Positions 1 to 12,409 of a stretch of DNA of 64,000 bases are shown here, piece after piece. A program made the translations under genes and the position numbers. This DNA is from Macrostomum lignano (Eukaryota): positions 20,071-84,070 of the forward strand of contig NIVC01003666.1 in the NCBI GenBank assembly GCA_002269645.1. Reading direction: 5' to 3'. The first letter of the stretch is position 1. Every line of letters starts with the position of its first letter. Under the pieces are notes generated by a model. The model worked only from the letters and a program-made list of their open reading frames with translations, ran no database searches and was not told the DNA's origin.

Positions 1-1424
1 AATCGGGCACTGCTTCTACGAGCTGTCCGAAGAGGGCCACTTTGACAGCTACGCCAAGTACGCCCAGGACGTATTGTCCGTCAAATGCCGCGATCGCCTA
101 TTCGAATTGTTGGGAAACAGTTTGGTTAAGGAGAAATTCGAAACAGTCGGCCGGGAGATCGAGCTGCAGGCGGCCGGGCACCTCAGCTATTATTCCCTTC
201 TGTCTTCCTGCCCTGCCCCCGTGCCTCCGCCTGCGGCAGGGGCAGCTTCCAAGAAGAACTCCGACGCAGATGGATCTTCGGCTCAGAATCATCTCAATTT
301 TTATTCACATCATCATCATCATCAGGTGTCGGATTCTGTATCAGCTGCCTCCTCGACGGCTACTCTGACTTCCCTGTCAACTGCAACTACATGCGCTTCG
401 AGTTCAGCCTCGCCAGCCGGCTTGGAGCAGGGCGAAGAGCTCCGGGCCGTGATGCTGCTGGCCTGCCGGTATCTGCTGCCGAAACTGCTGCTCGTGCCAG
501 TTTATCACTTCTTGTACTACGACAGGATATTGGAGAGATTTGAACAGTTGCAAGAGAAGAATATGTGGCATTGTAGAAACGGCTCGTCCACTGCTAGGTC
601 TGCTTCTTCTGGTGGAGCGGAATTAGAGTCTGCCGACGATGCAGATGCGGCTAGCCAGCAGCAGCCATCCTTGTGCGGCAGTCCAGTCACCAGCGGGTAT
701 AATGCCGATAGGCGTCGATCCTCATCGTCCCTACCTGTTGAGGTGTGCAGCGACGATCGGGACACTATAGTGCAGACCAGATCCATCCTAGTGTCCACTA
801 GTCATCGGGTTAAACGGACACTTGACGAGTTTGAGCGTCGGCCGGTGCCAGCAGCGACCGTCTCGGCTGCTTCCATTCCTGGCGTCGGTAGCAACGGCGA
901 CGACTCCGTGTCGCTAAGCGTCAGCCCGACTGGCGGCTCCGACATTGAAGAATCGGCGTCTGTTGTTGCAGCAGCGGCGGCTTCAGGTGCGGCCAGTCGG
1001 ATGTCTAACCAGCAGCAGCGCTCTGTGCTGTTGAATCCGCTGGCCTCCAGGCTGTTCTTTCACGCATCGATGAGCGCGCCAGACTCCATGCACACGGACC
1101 GGGCCTGCAGTAAGAAGCTCGCCCAGCTGCGCTCAATGACCCGGTCGGCGCCGGAGCTCGATCTGGCCAAACCGCGCTGTACAATCTTCTACAAGGAGGG
1201 CACCCTGTACCAGATGGAACGGGCCGGCCGGTTTCAAGAGCGCCGAGTCTATCTGTTTAATAATCGATTGTTTGTGATGAAGGCTAGCAAAACACTGCCG
1301 CTGCGCAGTATTAATGAAGAATATCGATTGAAGCGGGTTGTGTTCCTTCTACAGCATCGCTTCGTGCTGGTTGACCATCCGAAGCCTGTGACCAAGCCTG
1401 CCGCGGCTGGAGGCACAGAAGAGG
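1..1424 (+). CDS. Sos: SOS-like exon: DH C-terminal half and PH start (open from window edge, codons start at 2)
   Basis: IGHCFYELSEEGHFDSYAKYAQDVL, YLLPKLLLVPVYHFLYY and ERRVYLFNNRLFVMK...EYRLK match SOS DH/PH motifs. Donor G|GTTCGT at 1424/1425. Confidence 0.9.
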
Positions 1425-1451
1425 GTTCGTGTTCTTGTCCTTTATTATTGC

Positions 1452-2610
1452 GTCACTGTCCGTCTGGTGATCTGGTCCCTGTCACTTAACTGTCTGTCTG
1501 GTAATCTGGTCCCTGTCACTTAACTGTCCGTCTGGTGATCTGGTCCCTGTCACTTAACTGTCCGTCTGGTGATCTGGTCCCTGTCACTTAACTGTCTGTC
1601 TGGTGATCTGGTCCCTGTCACTTAACTGTCCGTCTGGTGATCTGGTCCCTGTCACTTAACTGTCTGTCTGGTAATCTGGTCCCTGTCACTTAACTGTCCG
1701 TCTGGTAATCTGGTCCCTGTCACTTAACTGTCCGTCTGGTGATCTGGTCCCTGTCACTTAACTGTCCGTCTGGTGATCTGGTTCCTGTCACTGAACTGTC
1801 CGTCTGGTGATCTGGTCCCTGTCACTGAACTGTCCGTCTGGTGATCTGGTTCCTGTCACTGAACTGTCCGTCTGGTGATCTGGTCCCTGTCACTGAACTG
1901 TCCGTCTGGTGATCTGGTCCCTGTCACTGAACTGTCCGTCTGGTGATCTGGTCCCTGTCACTTAACTGTCTGTCTGGTGATCTGGTCCCTGTCACTGAAC
2001 TGTCCGTCTGGTGATCTGGTCCCTGTCACTTAACTGTCCGTCTGGTGATCTGGTCCCTGTCACTGAACTGTCCGTCTGGTGATCTGGTCCCTGTCACTGA
2101 ACTGTCTGTCTGGTGATCTGGTCCCTGTCACTGAACTGTCTGTCTGGTGATCTGGTCCCTGTCACTGAACTGTCCGTCTGGTGATCTGGTCCCTGTCACT
2201 GAACTGTCCGTCTGGTGATCTGGTCCCTGTCACTGAACTGTCCGTCTGGTGATCTGGTCCCTGTCACTGAACTGTCTGTCTGGTGATCTGGTCCCTGTCA
2301 CTGAACTGTCTATCTGGTGATCTGGTCCCTGTCACTGAACTGTCCGTCTGGTGATCTGGTCCCTGTCACTGAACTGTCCGTCTGGTGATCTGGTCCCTGT
2401 CACTGAACTGTCCGTCTGGTGATCTGGTCCCTGTCACTGAACTGTCCGTCTGGTGATCTGGTCCCTGTCACTGAACTGTCCGTCTGGTGATCTGGTCCCT
2501 GTCACTGAACTGTCTGTCTGGTGATCTGGTCCCTGTCACTGAACTGTCTATCTGGTGATCTGGTCCCTGTCACTGAACTGTCTATCTGGTGATCTGGTCC
2601 CTGTCACTTA
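1452..2610. repeat. 34-bp minisatellite, about 34 copies
   Basis: Unit CTGTCCGTCTGGTGATCTGGTCCCTGTCACT(T/G)AA, with a polar variant gradient from TTAA to TGAA. Confidence 0.95.
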
Positions 2611-3057
2611 GCTTTTATGCATACAACAAATAGACTTATTTTTCTATTGCTACAATACATTGCCTTCTAAATAATCCAGGTGTTAAGACTATAAACTTTT
2701 TCTAACTGGCCAGGCCCTCGCTTAGCTTGTACTGACTCGATTCTGTACCCGCACAGGCCTGTGCGTGCGTGTCTTGTCACTGTGTGACCGGAGCTGACGC
2801 GTAAAAATGCGTATTTTCTGCGTCAGTCCGTTAGCTTGTCGCTTGTCTGGGCGCGTGCATGCGTTTGATACGGAGAAATTGTTGCCAATCTTTGCATACC
2901 AATCTCTATCCACCTCTCCTTGTGCCTTTGGAACTTTGGAACTTTGCCACTGAGGTTTAATCTTGCTGAAAAATATGTGATTCATTGGTTATTCATTATT
3001 GTTGCTAAAAATGTTTCCTACTTGGAGTGTTGGCTAATTGCCAGCTGGAAGCTTGCG

Positions 3058-4200
3058 TATTAGGTTTCATACTAGAAGTTTGTCTCAGTCTATTAGGTTT
3101 TGTGTTAAAAGTGCGTCTTAGTCTATTAGGTTGGATATTAGAAGTTTGTCTTAGCTTATTAGGTGGGTATTAGAAGTTTGTCTTGGTCTATTAGGTTTCG
3201 TATTGGAAGTTTGCCGTAGTCTATTAGGTGGGGTACTAGAAGTGTGTCCTAATTTAGTAGGTTGGGTATTAGAAGTTTTTCTTAGTCTATTAGGTTAGAT
3301 ATAGAAGGTTGTCTTAGTCTATTAGGTTCGGTATTAGAAGTTTGTCTTAGCTTATTAGGTTGAATGAAAATAAGAAGTTTGTCTTAGCTAATTAGGTGGG
3401 TATTAGAAGTTTATCTTGGTCTATTAGGTTTCGTATTGGAAGCAGTGGTGTGATTCAGGCGCGAATTCGCGCCAGGCGCGAAAATGGCGCGAATGCGCGA
3501 ATCCTGGGGGTCTGGCGCGAAATTTTGTGGAACCATGGGCGCGAAAATTGCATTCTTATTTTCTGCTTTTTACACTTACTCTCTTGTCAGACAGTATGAA
3601 ATACAAGAATGTCATAGCTTAGGAGATTAATCTAACAAACTGAGTTCAATCTCAGGCGTCAGCAGCAGAATGTGCAGAAGAAGAAACAGAAGAAGGCAGG
3701 GAAGCTAGCTGAGCTCGTCTTAAAGCGCAAGGCTGCTGAGCTGCTGTCAACGTCGTCAATCACCAGCACGAGCAGTCGTCTGTCTGCAGACATCGCCAAC
3801 AAGAAGTTCAGGGGGGACACGGCTGTGACTTAAGAGACATGCTAATTGGTAGCCAGACGCATCTTCAAAAGTGTCATCAATTGACTTATTTGGCTGTCAG
3901 TAGAATATTATTGGCATGGCGCGAAAATTTTCAGTCGGCGCGAAATTTGGCAAACTTTCCAATCACACCACTGATTGGAAGTTTTGCCGTAGTCTATTAG
4001 GTGGGGTATTATAAGTGTGTCCTAGTTTAGTACGAGCGTAGGTTGGGTATTAGAAGTTTTTCTTAGTCTATTAGGTTAGATATAGAAGTTTGTCTTAGTC
4101 TACGAGTATTAGTTTGTTTATTAGAAGTTTGTCCTACTCGTAGTCTATTAGTTTGAGTATTAGACGTGCGTCTTTGTCTATTAGGTTGGTAATTTTAAAA
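3058..4200. repeat. Degenerate ~33-bp minisatellite interrupted by the hAT insertion
   Basis: Unit approximately AGTCTATTAGGTTGGGTATTAGAAGTTTGTCTT on both sides of 3443..3973. Confidence 0.85.
3443..3973. mobile_element. Non-autonomous hAT-type DNA transposon, 531 bp
   Basis: Perfect 13-bp TIR CAGTGGTGTGATT/AATCACACCACTG. 8-bp TSD ATTGGAAG at 3435..3442 and 3974..3981. Subterminal GGCGCGAA repeats at both ends. Confidence 0.9.
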
Positions 4201-4494
4201 GCTATATGTTGGCCACTCGTAGAGTTGGTTGGTACCCAGCTGGAATCCTGTTTCTTGTCAGTGTGCGCCCGGCTAGCAGCAGTCACATTATTAAGTGTTA
4301 CTAAGAAATCCGACCTCATTTGTGGAGACCGCTCATTGCTTTTCTTGTCTGCTACTAGCCTTCCCCCCCCCCTCCTTGCGTCTGTTCGCCGCTCTGACGA
4401 ATTGTTGACGTCAATGCTGGCGCATGTAAACAATTTGATACTATTGATAATAACAAATGCTATTGTTTATTGTTATTATTATCATTTTTCTGTC

Positions 4495-5165
4495 CCTGGG
4501 GTCAGCAAAACTTTTTACCTCAAGGGCCAAATAAAGAAAATACCTCATGGTTGCTGGCCAGGTGACGAGGGAATAGCGAGGAGAGAGAAAAGGAGAGATG
4601 TGAGATGTAATGAGAGAAAAGAGAAGAAAGGAGAGGAGAGAGAAGAGGAAAGAGATGTGAGATGTAATGAGAGAAAAGAGAAGAAAGGAGAGGAGAGAGA
4701 AGAGGAAAGAGATGTGAGATGTAATGAGAGAAAAGAGAAGAAAGGAGAGGAGAGAGAAGAGGAAAGAGATGTGAGATGTAATGAGAGAAAAGAGAAGAAA
4801 GGAGAGGAGAGAGAAGAGGAAAGAGATGTGAGATGTAATGTGAGAAAAGAGAAGAAAGGAGAGGAGAGAGAAGAGGAAAGAGGAGATGTGAGATGAGCTG
4901 AGAGAGAAGAGAGCAAACAGAAGGAGAGAGAAGAAGAAAGAAGAGATGTGAGATGAGATGAGAGAGGAGATCAAAGAGAAGACAGAAGAGGAAAGAGGAG
5001 ATGTGAGATGAGCTGAGAAAGGAGATATAAGAGAGAAGAGGAAAGAGATGTGAGAGAAGAGATCAAAGAGAGGAGAGGAGAGGGAAAAGGATATGAGAGA
5101 GAGAAGAGAGGAGATGAGAGTGAAAAGGGGAAGAGGAGACGTGAGATAAAATGAGAGAGAAGAGA
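4495..5165 (+). mobile_element. Partial hAT-Charlie-like MITE copy with expanded GA-rich interior (57-bp unit at about 4594..4895)
   Basis: Left end CTGGGGTCAGCAAAACTTTTTACCTCAAGGGCCAAATAAA resembles the element at 41720. No right TIR or TSD was found. Confidence 0.55.
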
Positions 5166-5704
5166 TCAAGGACCATTGGCCTAGCCGCAACCAGTTTGGT
5201 CTGGAGCGCGTGTTGCAAGTCTTGCACAACTCTGAAGCCGCCATGCATGCGGCTAGGGAGGGGAGGGCTTGAGCCCTGGATTGGAGGACGGAGGTGTGTG
5301 TACGCTGGGCTTGGGCCTGGATTTCGGCTGGTCCTGCACTTTAATTATAAACCAACTTTGTGCGTACTTCGTCTCCCCGTTCCTCCTGGTGTGTTCCGTC
5401 CGTCCGTCTGCCTAGACTTTATTTTAATACGGCTAAGTTTGTGTGTTTACATAGCGCAAACTTGTGTATATAACTAATTCTATTGTGGCTGAAAATAATA
5501 GATTAACTATGGTGTAATAATCTGATTTCTAAACAAGTGACGCTGGGATGCATGCAAGTCTATTGTGGGGGCAACTTCCTGCATCCAAGGCTTTATTTTC
5601 TGACCTAGCCTTCTCTTTACCTAATGTTAATAATGAATTAGGCTATTAAGCTCCTTTGGGAAATAAGTTGGGTAAAATTGAGACGCCTAGGAGAAACAGG
5701 AATA

Positions 5705-5933
5705 CAGAGACAAACAGACAGACAGACAGACAGACAGGCACTAAGACAGACAGACAGGCAGGCAGGCAGGCAGGCAGACAAACAGGCAGACAGACAGACA
5801 GGCAGGCAGGCAGGCAGACAGATAGACAGACAGACAGACAGACAGTCAGACAGACAGACAGACAGACACTAAGACAGGCAGGCAGACAGACAGACAGACA
5901 CTAAGACAGGCAGGCAGACAGACAGAAACACTA

Positions 5934-5970
<37 letters not shown>

Positions 5971-6109
5971 GGCAGTCAGGCAGACAGACAGGCAGACAGG
6001 CAGGCAGACAGACAGAAACACTAAGGCAGACAGGCAGACAGACAGACATGCAGACAGGCAGGCAGACAGACAGAAACACTAAGACAGACAGACAGGCAGG
6101 CAGTCAGGC

Positions 6110-6182
<73 letters not shown>

Positions 6183-6255
6183 GTCAGGCAGACAGACAGG
6201 CAGACAGACAGGCAGACAGACAGAAACACTAAGACAGACAGACAGGCAGGCAGTC

Positions 6256-6304
<49 letters not shown>

Positions 6305-6317
6305 CACAGACAGACAC

Positions 6318-6372
<55 letters not shown>

Positions 6373-6415
6373 GTCAGACAGGCAGACAGACAGAAACACT
6401 AAGACAGACAGACAC
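5705..6415. repeat. (GACA)n microsatellite with GGCA and ACTAA interruptions
   Basis: Direct reading. Confidence 0.95.
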
Positions 6416-7013
6416 CCGAAAGTTACTAACATTAATCGTAAACATGAATCACACATTTATCAAACATTATCGCACATTTGAAGCAAACTCAATAAATTTC
6501 TTCAGCACATGAAGAATATGATTATTATTAATGCATCACGCAGTCAAGCCGTGCGAATCAGTCGGATAGTTATAATACAGATATGGAATAATATATGGAA
6601 TGAAAAATAAAACACTTCCTTTGACTTGACGCGATTTTAAGCCTCTCTGTCTCTCTCGCTCTCTCCGCTGCTATTGCGGGGGCGAATCTAGGGTTGGCAA
6701 CGGGCCCTGGATTTGGGGCCAATCTCTGTCTGTCAGTCTGTCTACTAATATACAGTATCTGCGCCTGAGTCAGTCAGTCCGTTAACCCCCCCCCAGTTCT
6801 GTGACGCGTCACGATTTCTTCTGTAGAGGAGAGAGAGAGAGATCTCTACGCACTCTGTCTCTTCACCTCCCCGCCGCTCCCCTCCCCTCTTCAGCCGTCC
6901 CAGGTCCGAATTGACGTGGTCAACAGCCAGGGCCTGGATCTATTTATAGGCCTCGCCTTACCTTCCCAAGCATCCAGTCATGTCTTGGCCGCGCCATCCC
7001 TTCTGTTAAGTTC

Positions 7014-7080
7014 AGGGGTCGGCAAAATCCAGCCCGCGGGCCACATGCATCCGACCTCTGTCCGACCCGCTCAAAATTTG
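7014..7080 (+). mobile_element. hAT-Charlie-like terminal fragment
   Basis: CAGGGGTCGGCAAA...GCCCGCGGGCC end motif followed by a CT-rich tract. The partner end was not identified. Confidence 0.45.
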
Positions 7081-7876
7081 TGTCTCTTCTCAGCTGTCTT
7101 CTCTCTAATCTCCTCTCTTTTCTCTCCTATCTCTTATCTCCTTTCTCCTCTCCTCTCCTTTTCTCCCAACTTATTTAATCCCTCCTCTCATTTCGTCTTC
7201 TCTGTTAATTCATATACAAATATATTTTTTTCACCTGATATAATTAATTCCCCTGCCGCCATTTGGTCCAAGCTATCCACTTTCTCTCTCTCTCTCTCGT
7301 ATTTTACTGTCCTCTCAGATGTGTTGCCAGGCTGTTTGCTAATGAAGCGACTTGTGTTTAACTAAAAAATAGATAGTGGAATTATCTGGCCAGATGGCTC
7401 CGGAGGGGGGAGGGGGTTGGCATCCAGGCCTCCGCGCTCTGCTGTCCATCCGGGTGAATATTTTTGTCTTCTAATGGCTTCTAAAAATAGTTAGCTACTA
7501 AAAGACTGGAAAATATTTTCTGGCGCTAGCGCCTACTTGTTGCTTCCTTCGGTTGGAATATTCAATACTGCGTATGGCATTGTAGAGCTTACTGTACTGA
7601 GCAAAATCCATTATCCGTATTGAGACCGTCATCAGCTAGATTGGCTCGCCCAATCTGTTGAAAATCAGCCTTTCCAGTCCGTTGAAATGCCATTCTACTC
7701 CGTTAGAAATAGCCTTTTTGTTTGCTGAGAAATCGCCTTTCTAATTCACGAAAAACGACCCTTTCTAATCCACGAGAAATCGCCTTCTGAATCAGTGAGA
7801 AATAAACTGCTTATTACCTGAGAAAGTGCCTTGTTTATTCGTGAGAAATCACCCTTCCAATCCGTAAGAAATCACC

Positions 7877-8545
7877 CTTCTACTCTGTGAGAAGTCGCCC
7901 TTCTAAGTTCTAATCTGTGAGAAATCGCCCTTCCACTCTGTGAGAAGTCGGCCTTCTAATCTGTGAGAAATCGCCCTTCCACTCTGTGAGAAGTCGCCCT
8001 TCTAATCTGTGAGAAATCTCCCTTCTAATCTGTGAGAAGTCGCCCTTCTAATCTGTGAGAAGTCGCCCTTCTAAATTGTGAGAAATCGCCCTTCTAATCT
8101 GTGAGAAATCGCCCTTCTAATCTGTGAGAAATCGCCCTTCTAATCTGTGAGAAATCGCCCTTCTAATCTGTGAGAAGTCGCCCTTCTAAATTGTGAGAAA
8201 TCGCCCTTCTAATCTGTGAGAAATCGCCCTTCTAATCTGTGAGAAATCGCCCTTCTAATCTGTGAGAAATCGCCCTTCTAATCTGTGAGAAATCGCGCTT
8301 TTAATCTGTGAGAAGTCGCCCTTCTAATCTGTGAGAAGTCGCCCTTCTAATCTGTGAGAAATCACCCTTCTAATCTGTGAGAAATCGCCCTTCTAATCTG
8401 TGAAAAATCGCCCTTCTAATCTGTGAGAAATCGCCCTTCTAATCCGTGAGAAATCACCCTTCTAATCTGTGAGAAATCGCCCTTTTAATCTGTGACAAGT
8501 CGCCCTTCTAAATTGTTAGAAATCGCCCTTCTGATCTGAGAAATC
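7877..8545. repeat. 23-bp minisatellite
   Basis: Unit TTCTAATCTGTGAGAAATCGCCC, with degenerate copies back to about 7720. Confidence 0.93.
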
Positions 8546-8698
8546 TCTCCCTACCTGTGAGCATAGCCCGCCCTGTCAGAGAACTGCTCTCATGTTAATT
8601 CAATAATGCTAATCTTTTAATCACAGCCGTCTGTTGATAAGAATTTTAGGTAAAACGCATTTCGTTAGAAACAGTTTTGTTCACCTTTATCCTTTCAG

Positions 8699-8861
8699 AG
8701 ATGTACACCTTCTCTATCGAGTACCTGCCCTCGCCGGACACTGTAGAGGGCGGCGCCACTGTTGGCACCGCGCCAATCAAACAGCGAATCACTTTCGCTA
8801 CTAAAAGCCTGCTGGATAAGGAAGAATGGATGCTAATTTTAATTTATCTGCAATCTTATCA
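8699..8861 (+). CDS. Sos: SOS-like exon: PH domain end
   Basis: Acceptor tttcag and donor CA|GTGAGC. ITFATKSLLDKEEWMLILIYLQ matches SOS [20 protein letters not shown]. Confidence 0.9.
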
Positions 8862-9000
8862 GTGAGCTCTAATTTCTGCTGTCGTGTTTTCTACTGATTT
8901 TCCGACTAAAGTCCTATCTTTTATACTAATAGTAGTTAAAGTAGCTTCCAAGCGTTGTTATTTTATATTTACAAGCGAAACTATTTCTAATTTTTTGCAG

Positions 9001-9084
9001 CATGTTTGAAGAGTATCTATCGCTGAAAGGACTCACGGATACGGCGGAAGCGATCCACTTTCCCCAGGATCATCGAGGCTACGA
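9001..9084 (+). CDS. Sos: SOS-like exon: PH-REM linker
   Basis: Acceptor ttttgcag, donor GA|GTAAGA, phase 2-2. Open frame HMFEEYLSLKGLTDTAEAIHFPQDHRGYE. Not in the ORF track. Confidence 0.8.
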
Positions 9085-9177
9085 GTAAGAGCTGTATTCT
9101 ATCTTTTTAGTCAGCACCATACACATCCATCGGTTCTCTGTGCTATAATGGATATTCTCTGGGTTCTTTTAGCGTCT

Positions 9178-9390
9178 CGAAGATCATGTAGCATCTCTGG
9201 GATCATGTAACATCTCTCGGTTCATGTAACATCTCTGGGCTCATGTAATATCTCCGAGATCATGTAGCATCTCTAGGATCATGTAATATCTCTAGGATCA
9301 TGTAACATTTCTGGGATCATGTCTCCAAGATCATGTAAAGTCTATAGGTTTGTATGGCATCTCTGGCATCATGTAACATCTCTGGGACAT
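9178..9390. repeat. Degenerate ~20-bp minisatellite
   Basis: GATCATGTAACATCTCT(G/A)G repeats. Confidence 0.8.
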
Positions 9391-9524
9391 GTCATACTTC
9401 TGCATGGTGATTAGATCATCACACCATAGAGAGCATATCTCTGACCATGTGACACACAACAGTTCTCTCTAAAATCATTGGTTAGCAAACAAAGGTTCGA
9501 GTGCAATTCCCAAACCTCAATCAG

Positions 9525-9837
9525 GTATTGGCAGCCCGACTCGGATCAGGTGATCGAACTGGAAGAGAACAGCGAGAGCAGCTCAAGCGAGTCGCACGTG
9601 ATTCGCCGGGCAACCCTGAACAAGCTGATCGAGCGGATGACTCACTACAGCGGCAACATTGACAGCCGGCTGATGAAAGTCTTTCTAATGACTTTCAGAT
9701 CTTTCTGCACTCCGCTGCACCTGCTAACTAAGCTAATTAGTCGCTTTAATTTTCCCGAGTACACCTATGTGGATTTTCAAACTGATGACTCCATGATGTC
9801 TGTGGCCCAGGCTCAGCTGAGGAAACGGGAATTCGAG
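9525..9837 (+). CDS. Sos: SOS-like exon: REM domain
   Basis: YWQPDSDQVIELEEN...IRRATLNKLIERMTHY...FLMTFRSFC. Acceptor tcag, donor GAG|GTGTGT. Confidence 0.92.
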
Positions 9838-9867
9838 GTGTGTCTGTTCAATATGCGACAGATATAT

Positions 9868-10265
9868 ATTGATTGATTTGTTGGTTAATTAATTAGTTTA
9901 TTGATTGGTTGGTTGATTGATTGATTGATTGGTTGATTGGTTAATTAGTTGATTAATTGACTGATTGATTGATTGATCGATTGGTTGATTGATTGGTTGG
10001 TTGGTTGATTGGTTAATTAATTGATTAATTGACTGATTGATTGATCGATTGGTTGATTGATTGGTTGGTTGGTTGATTGGTTAATTAATTGATTAATTGA
10101 CTGATTGATTGATTGGTTGATTGATTGATTGATTGATTGGTTGTTTTTTGATTGATCAATTGGTTAATTAATTAGTTTATTGATTGATTGGTTGATTGGT
10201 TAGTTGGTTGTTTAGTTGATTGATTAATTCATTGATAGATAGATACATAAATAGATTGATGGATT
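9868..10265. repeat. (TTGA/TTGG)n microsatellite
   Basis: Direct reading. Confidence 0.9.
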
Positions 10266-10346
10266 GGTCTTACAAACAATATTCATTCGCAGCACTCATT
10301 AAAAGCCACTTACGTTAACTCACGCCACCCCATTTCGCACTGCCAG

Positions 10347-10511
10347 GACAAGTACTGCCGCAAGGTTAGGCTACGCGTGCTCAAAGTCATGACCACCTGG
10401 ATTGAGAACTATTTTCACGATTTCGGCAAATGCCCAGAATTAGTCAATGGCCTGCGCGACTTTCTCAACGGCCCGTCCGTTGACAAGCTCTACGATATTA
10501 AGAAGTTCCAG
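10347..10511 (+). CDS. Sos: SOS-like exon: REM C-terminal part
   Basis: VRLRVLKVMTTWIENYFHDF matches SOS [20 protein letters not shown]. Donor CAG|GTAAGA. Confidence 0.92.
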
Positions 10512-10595
10512 GTAAGAGGAAAAGACTGCCGATCATTTTATAATTGTCCATTTATGAAAAAGTAACACTGGCTCTCATTGAAACAATCACTCAAG

Positions 10596-10970
10596 GTGCC
10601 CAACCTGTTGAAGCAGCTGGACCGCAGGAGCCGAGGCGAGGGCAGGCGCGAGCTGGTCCAGTCCATCGAAGACTATCCAGAGGTGCTTTGGCACACGGCC
10701 AGAGACAAGCGCGAATTCAACATTATGACTTTGCATCCTCTGGAATTGGCACGGCAAATCACCCTGTACATGTTCTCGTTGTACATGCGTATCGAGCCCT
10801 GGGAGCTGGTCACTGGGGACTGGATGAAGACTAAAGAAAAGCAGCTGAGAGCGCCAAATGTGCACAACTTGATTCGCTACACTAACAGGCTGACTTGGTG
10901 GTGCTGCCTCAATGTGCTGAAAACCAATCATCTGGAGGAGAGGCGCTGCGTGTTGCTGAGGATATACGAG
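10596..10970 (+). CDS. Sos: SOS-like exon: CDC25 domain start
   Basis: LWH...TLHPLELARQITL...ELVTGDWMK...APN...RYTNRLTWW. Donor GAG|GTATTC. Confidence 0.93.
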
Positions 10971-10979
10971 GTATTCAAT

Positions 10980-11880
10980 TGTGTCTGTAGGTGTTGCTAT
11001 GTGTCTGGGTGTTGCTATGTGTCTGGGTGTTGCTATGTGTCTGGGTGTTGCTATGTGTCTGGGTGTTGGTATGTGTCTGTAGGTGTCTGTAGGTGTTGCT
11101 ATGTGTCTGTATGTGTTGCTATGTGTCTGTAGGTGTTGCTATGTGTCTGTGGGTGTTGGTATGTGTCTGTAGGTGTCTGTAAGTGTTGCTATGTGTCTGT
11201 AGGTGTAGGTATGTGCCTGTAGGTGTTGGTACGTGTCTGCAGGTGTTGCTATGTGTCTGTAGGTGTTGCTATGTGTCTGTAAGTGTAGGTATGTGTTTGC
11301 AGGTGTTGCTATGTGTCTGTATGTGTTGCTATGTGTCTGTAGGTGTTGGTATGTGTCTGTAGGTGTCTGTAGGTGTTGCTATGTGTCTGTAAGTGTAGGT
11401 ACGTGCCTGTAGGTGTTGGTATGTGTCTGCCGGTGTTGGTATGTGTCTGTAGGTGTTGCTATGTGTCTGTAAGTGTAGGTATGTGTTTGCAGGTGTTGCT
11501 ATGTATCTGTATGTGTTGCTATGTGTCTGTAGGTGTTGCTATGTGTCTGGGTGTTGCATTGTGTCTGTAGGTGTTGCTATGTGTCTGTATGTGTTGGTAT
11601 GTGTCTGTAGGTGTTGGTATGTGTCTGTAGGTGTTGGTATGTGTCTGTAGGTGTTGGTATGTGTCTGTAGGTGTCTGTAGGTGTTGCTATGTGTCTGTAA
11701 GTGTAGGTATGTGTCTCTAGGTGTTGGTACGTGTCTGCAGGTGTTGCTATGTGTCTGTAGGTGTTGGTATGTCTCTGTAGGTGTTGGTCTGTGTCTATAG
11801 GTGTTAGCATGTGTTTGCAGGTGTTGGTAGGTAAAGTCTGTGCTGCATTATTGGGGATTTTAAGTGGGTATGTTTGCAGG
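10980..11880. repeat. 20-bp minisatellite
   Basis: Unit GTGTTG(C/G)TATGTGTCTGTAG. Confidence 0.93.
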
Positions 11881-12004
11881 TCATTTCTATGCTGGTATTT
11901 CTAGTTATACTCGTAGTAACATTGTTAATAAATTACAGTTAATAAGCTGTTAAGTATCTCTAAAGACTTCAACCAATCCCCATTCTCACCCAAACTCGGC
12001 CCAG

Positions 12005-12397
12005 ATCATGAAGTACTTCCGTTCGTTAAACAACTTCCTTGGCCTGGCCGCACTGGACAGCGTGTTCGTGAACTCCTCAATCCAGTACATCCGGCTGCAG
12101 CACACCTGGAAGCTAATTAAGAACGGCAAAGATAATAAGTTCCTCGAACAGGTGCAAGAGCTAGTCAGCAATGGCAACACAATGCGGCAGTACGATGAGT
12201 TATTGCGCACACTGGACACGGCCTGCGTGCCAAACCTGCGCTACCATCTCAGCCTCATCTTCCGGCTATTGGAAATCAACAGGGTCAAAGGCGACCAGCA
12301 GCAACAGCAGCAGCAACTTACTACCGGCAGGACGACCGCGTTAACCACAGCCGAGGCCGATGCCACCGTTATGATTCCGTTCTTCTGCTACCGACAG
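12005..12397 (+). CDS. Sos: SOS-like exon: CDC25 core and helical hairpin
   Basis: LNNFLG...NSSIQYIRLQHTW...CVP. Acceptor cccag, donor CAG|GTTCGC. Confidence 0.92.
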
Positions 12398-12409
12398 GTT
12401 CGCTTACAC

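Noticed and set aside
3656-3831. hAT interior as an extra SOS exon
   Set aside because: In SOS phase 1 the TCAG acceptor leads to a stop within about 17 codons, and exons 1424 and 8699 already join in frame.
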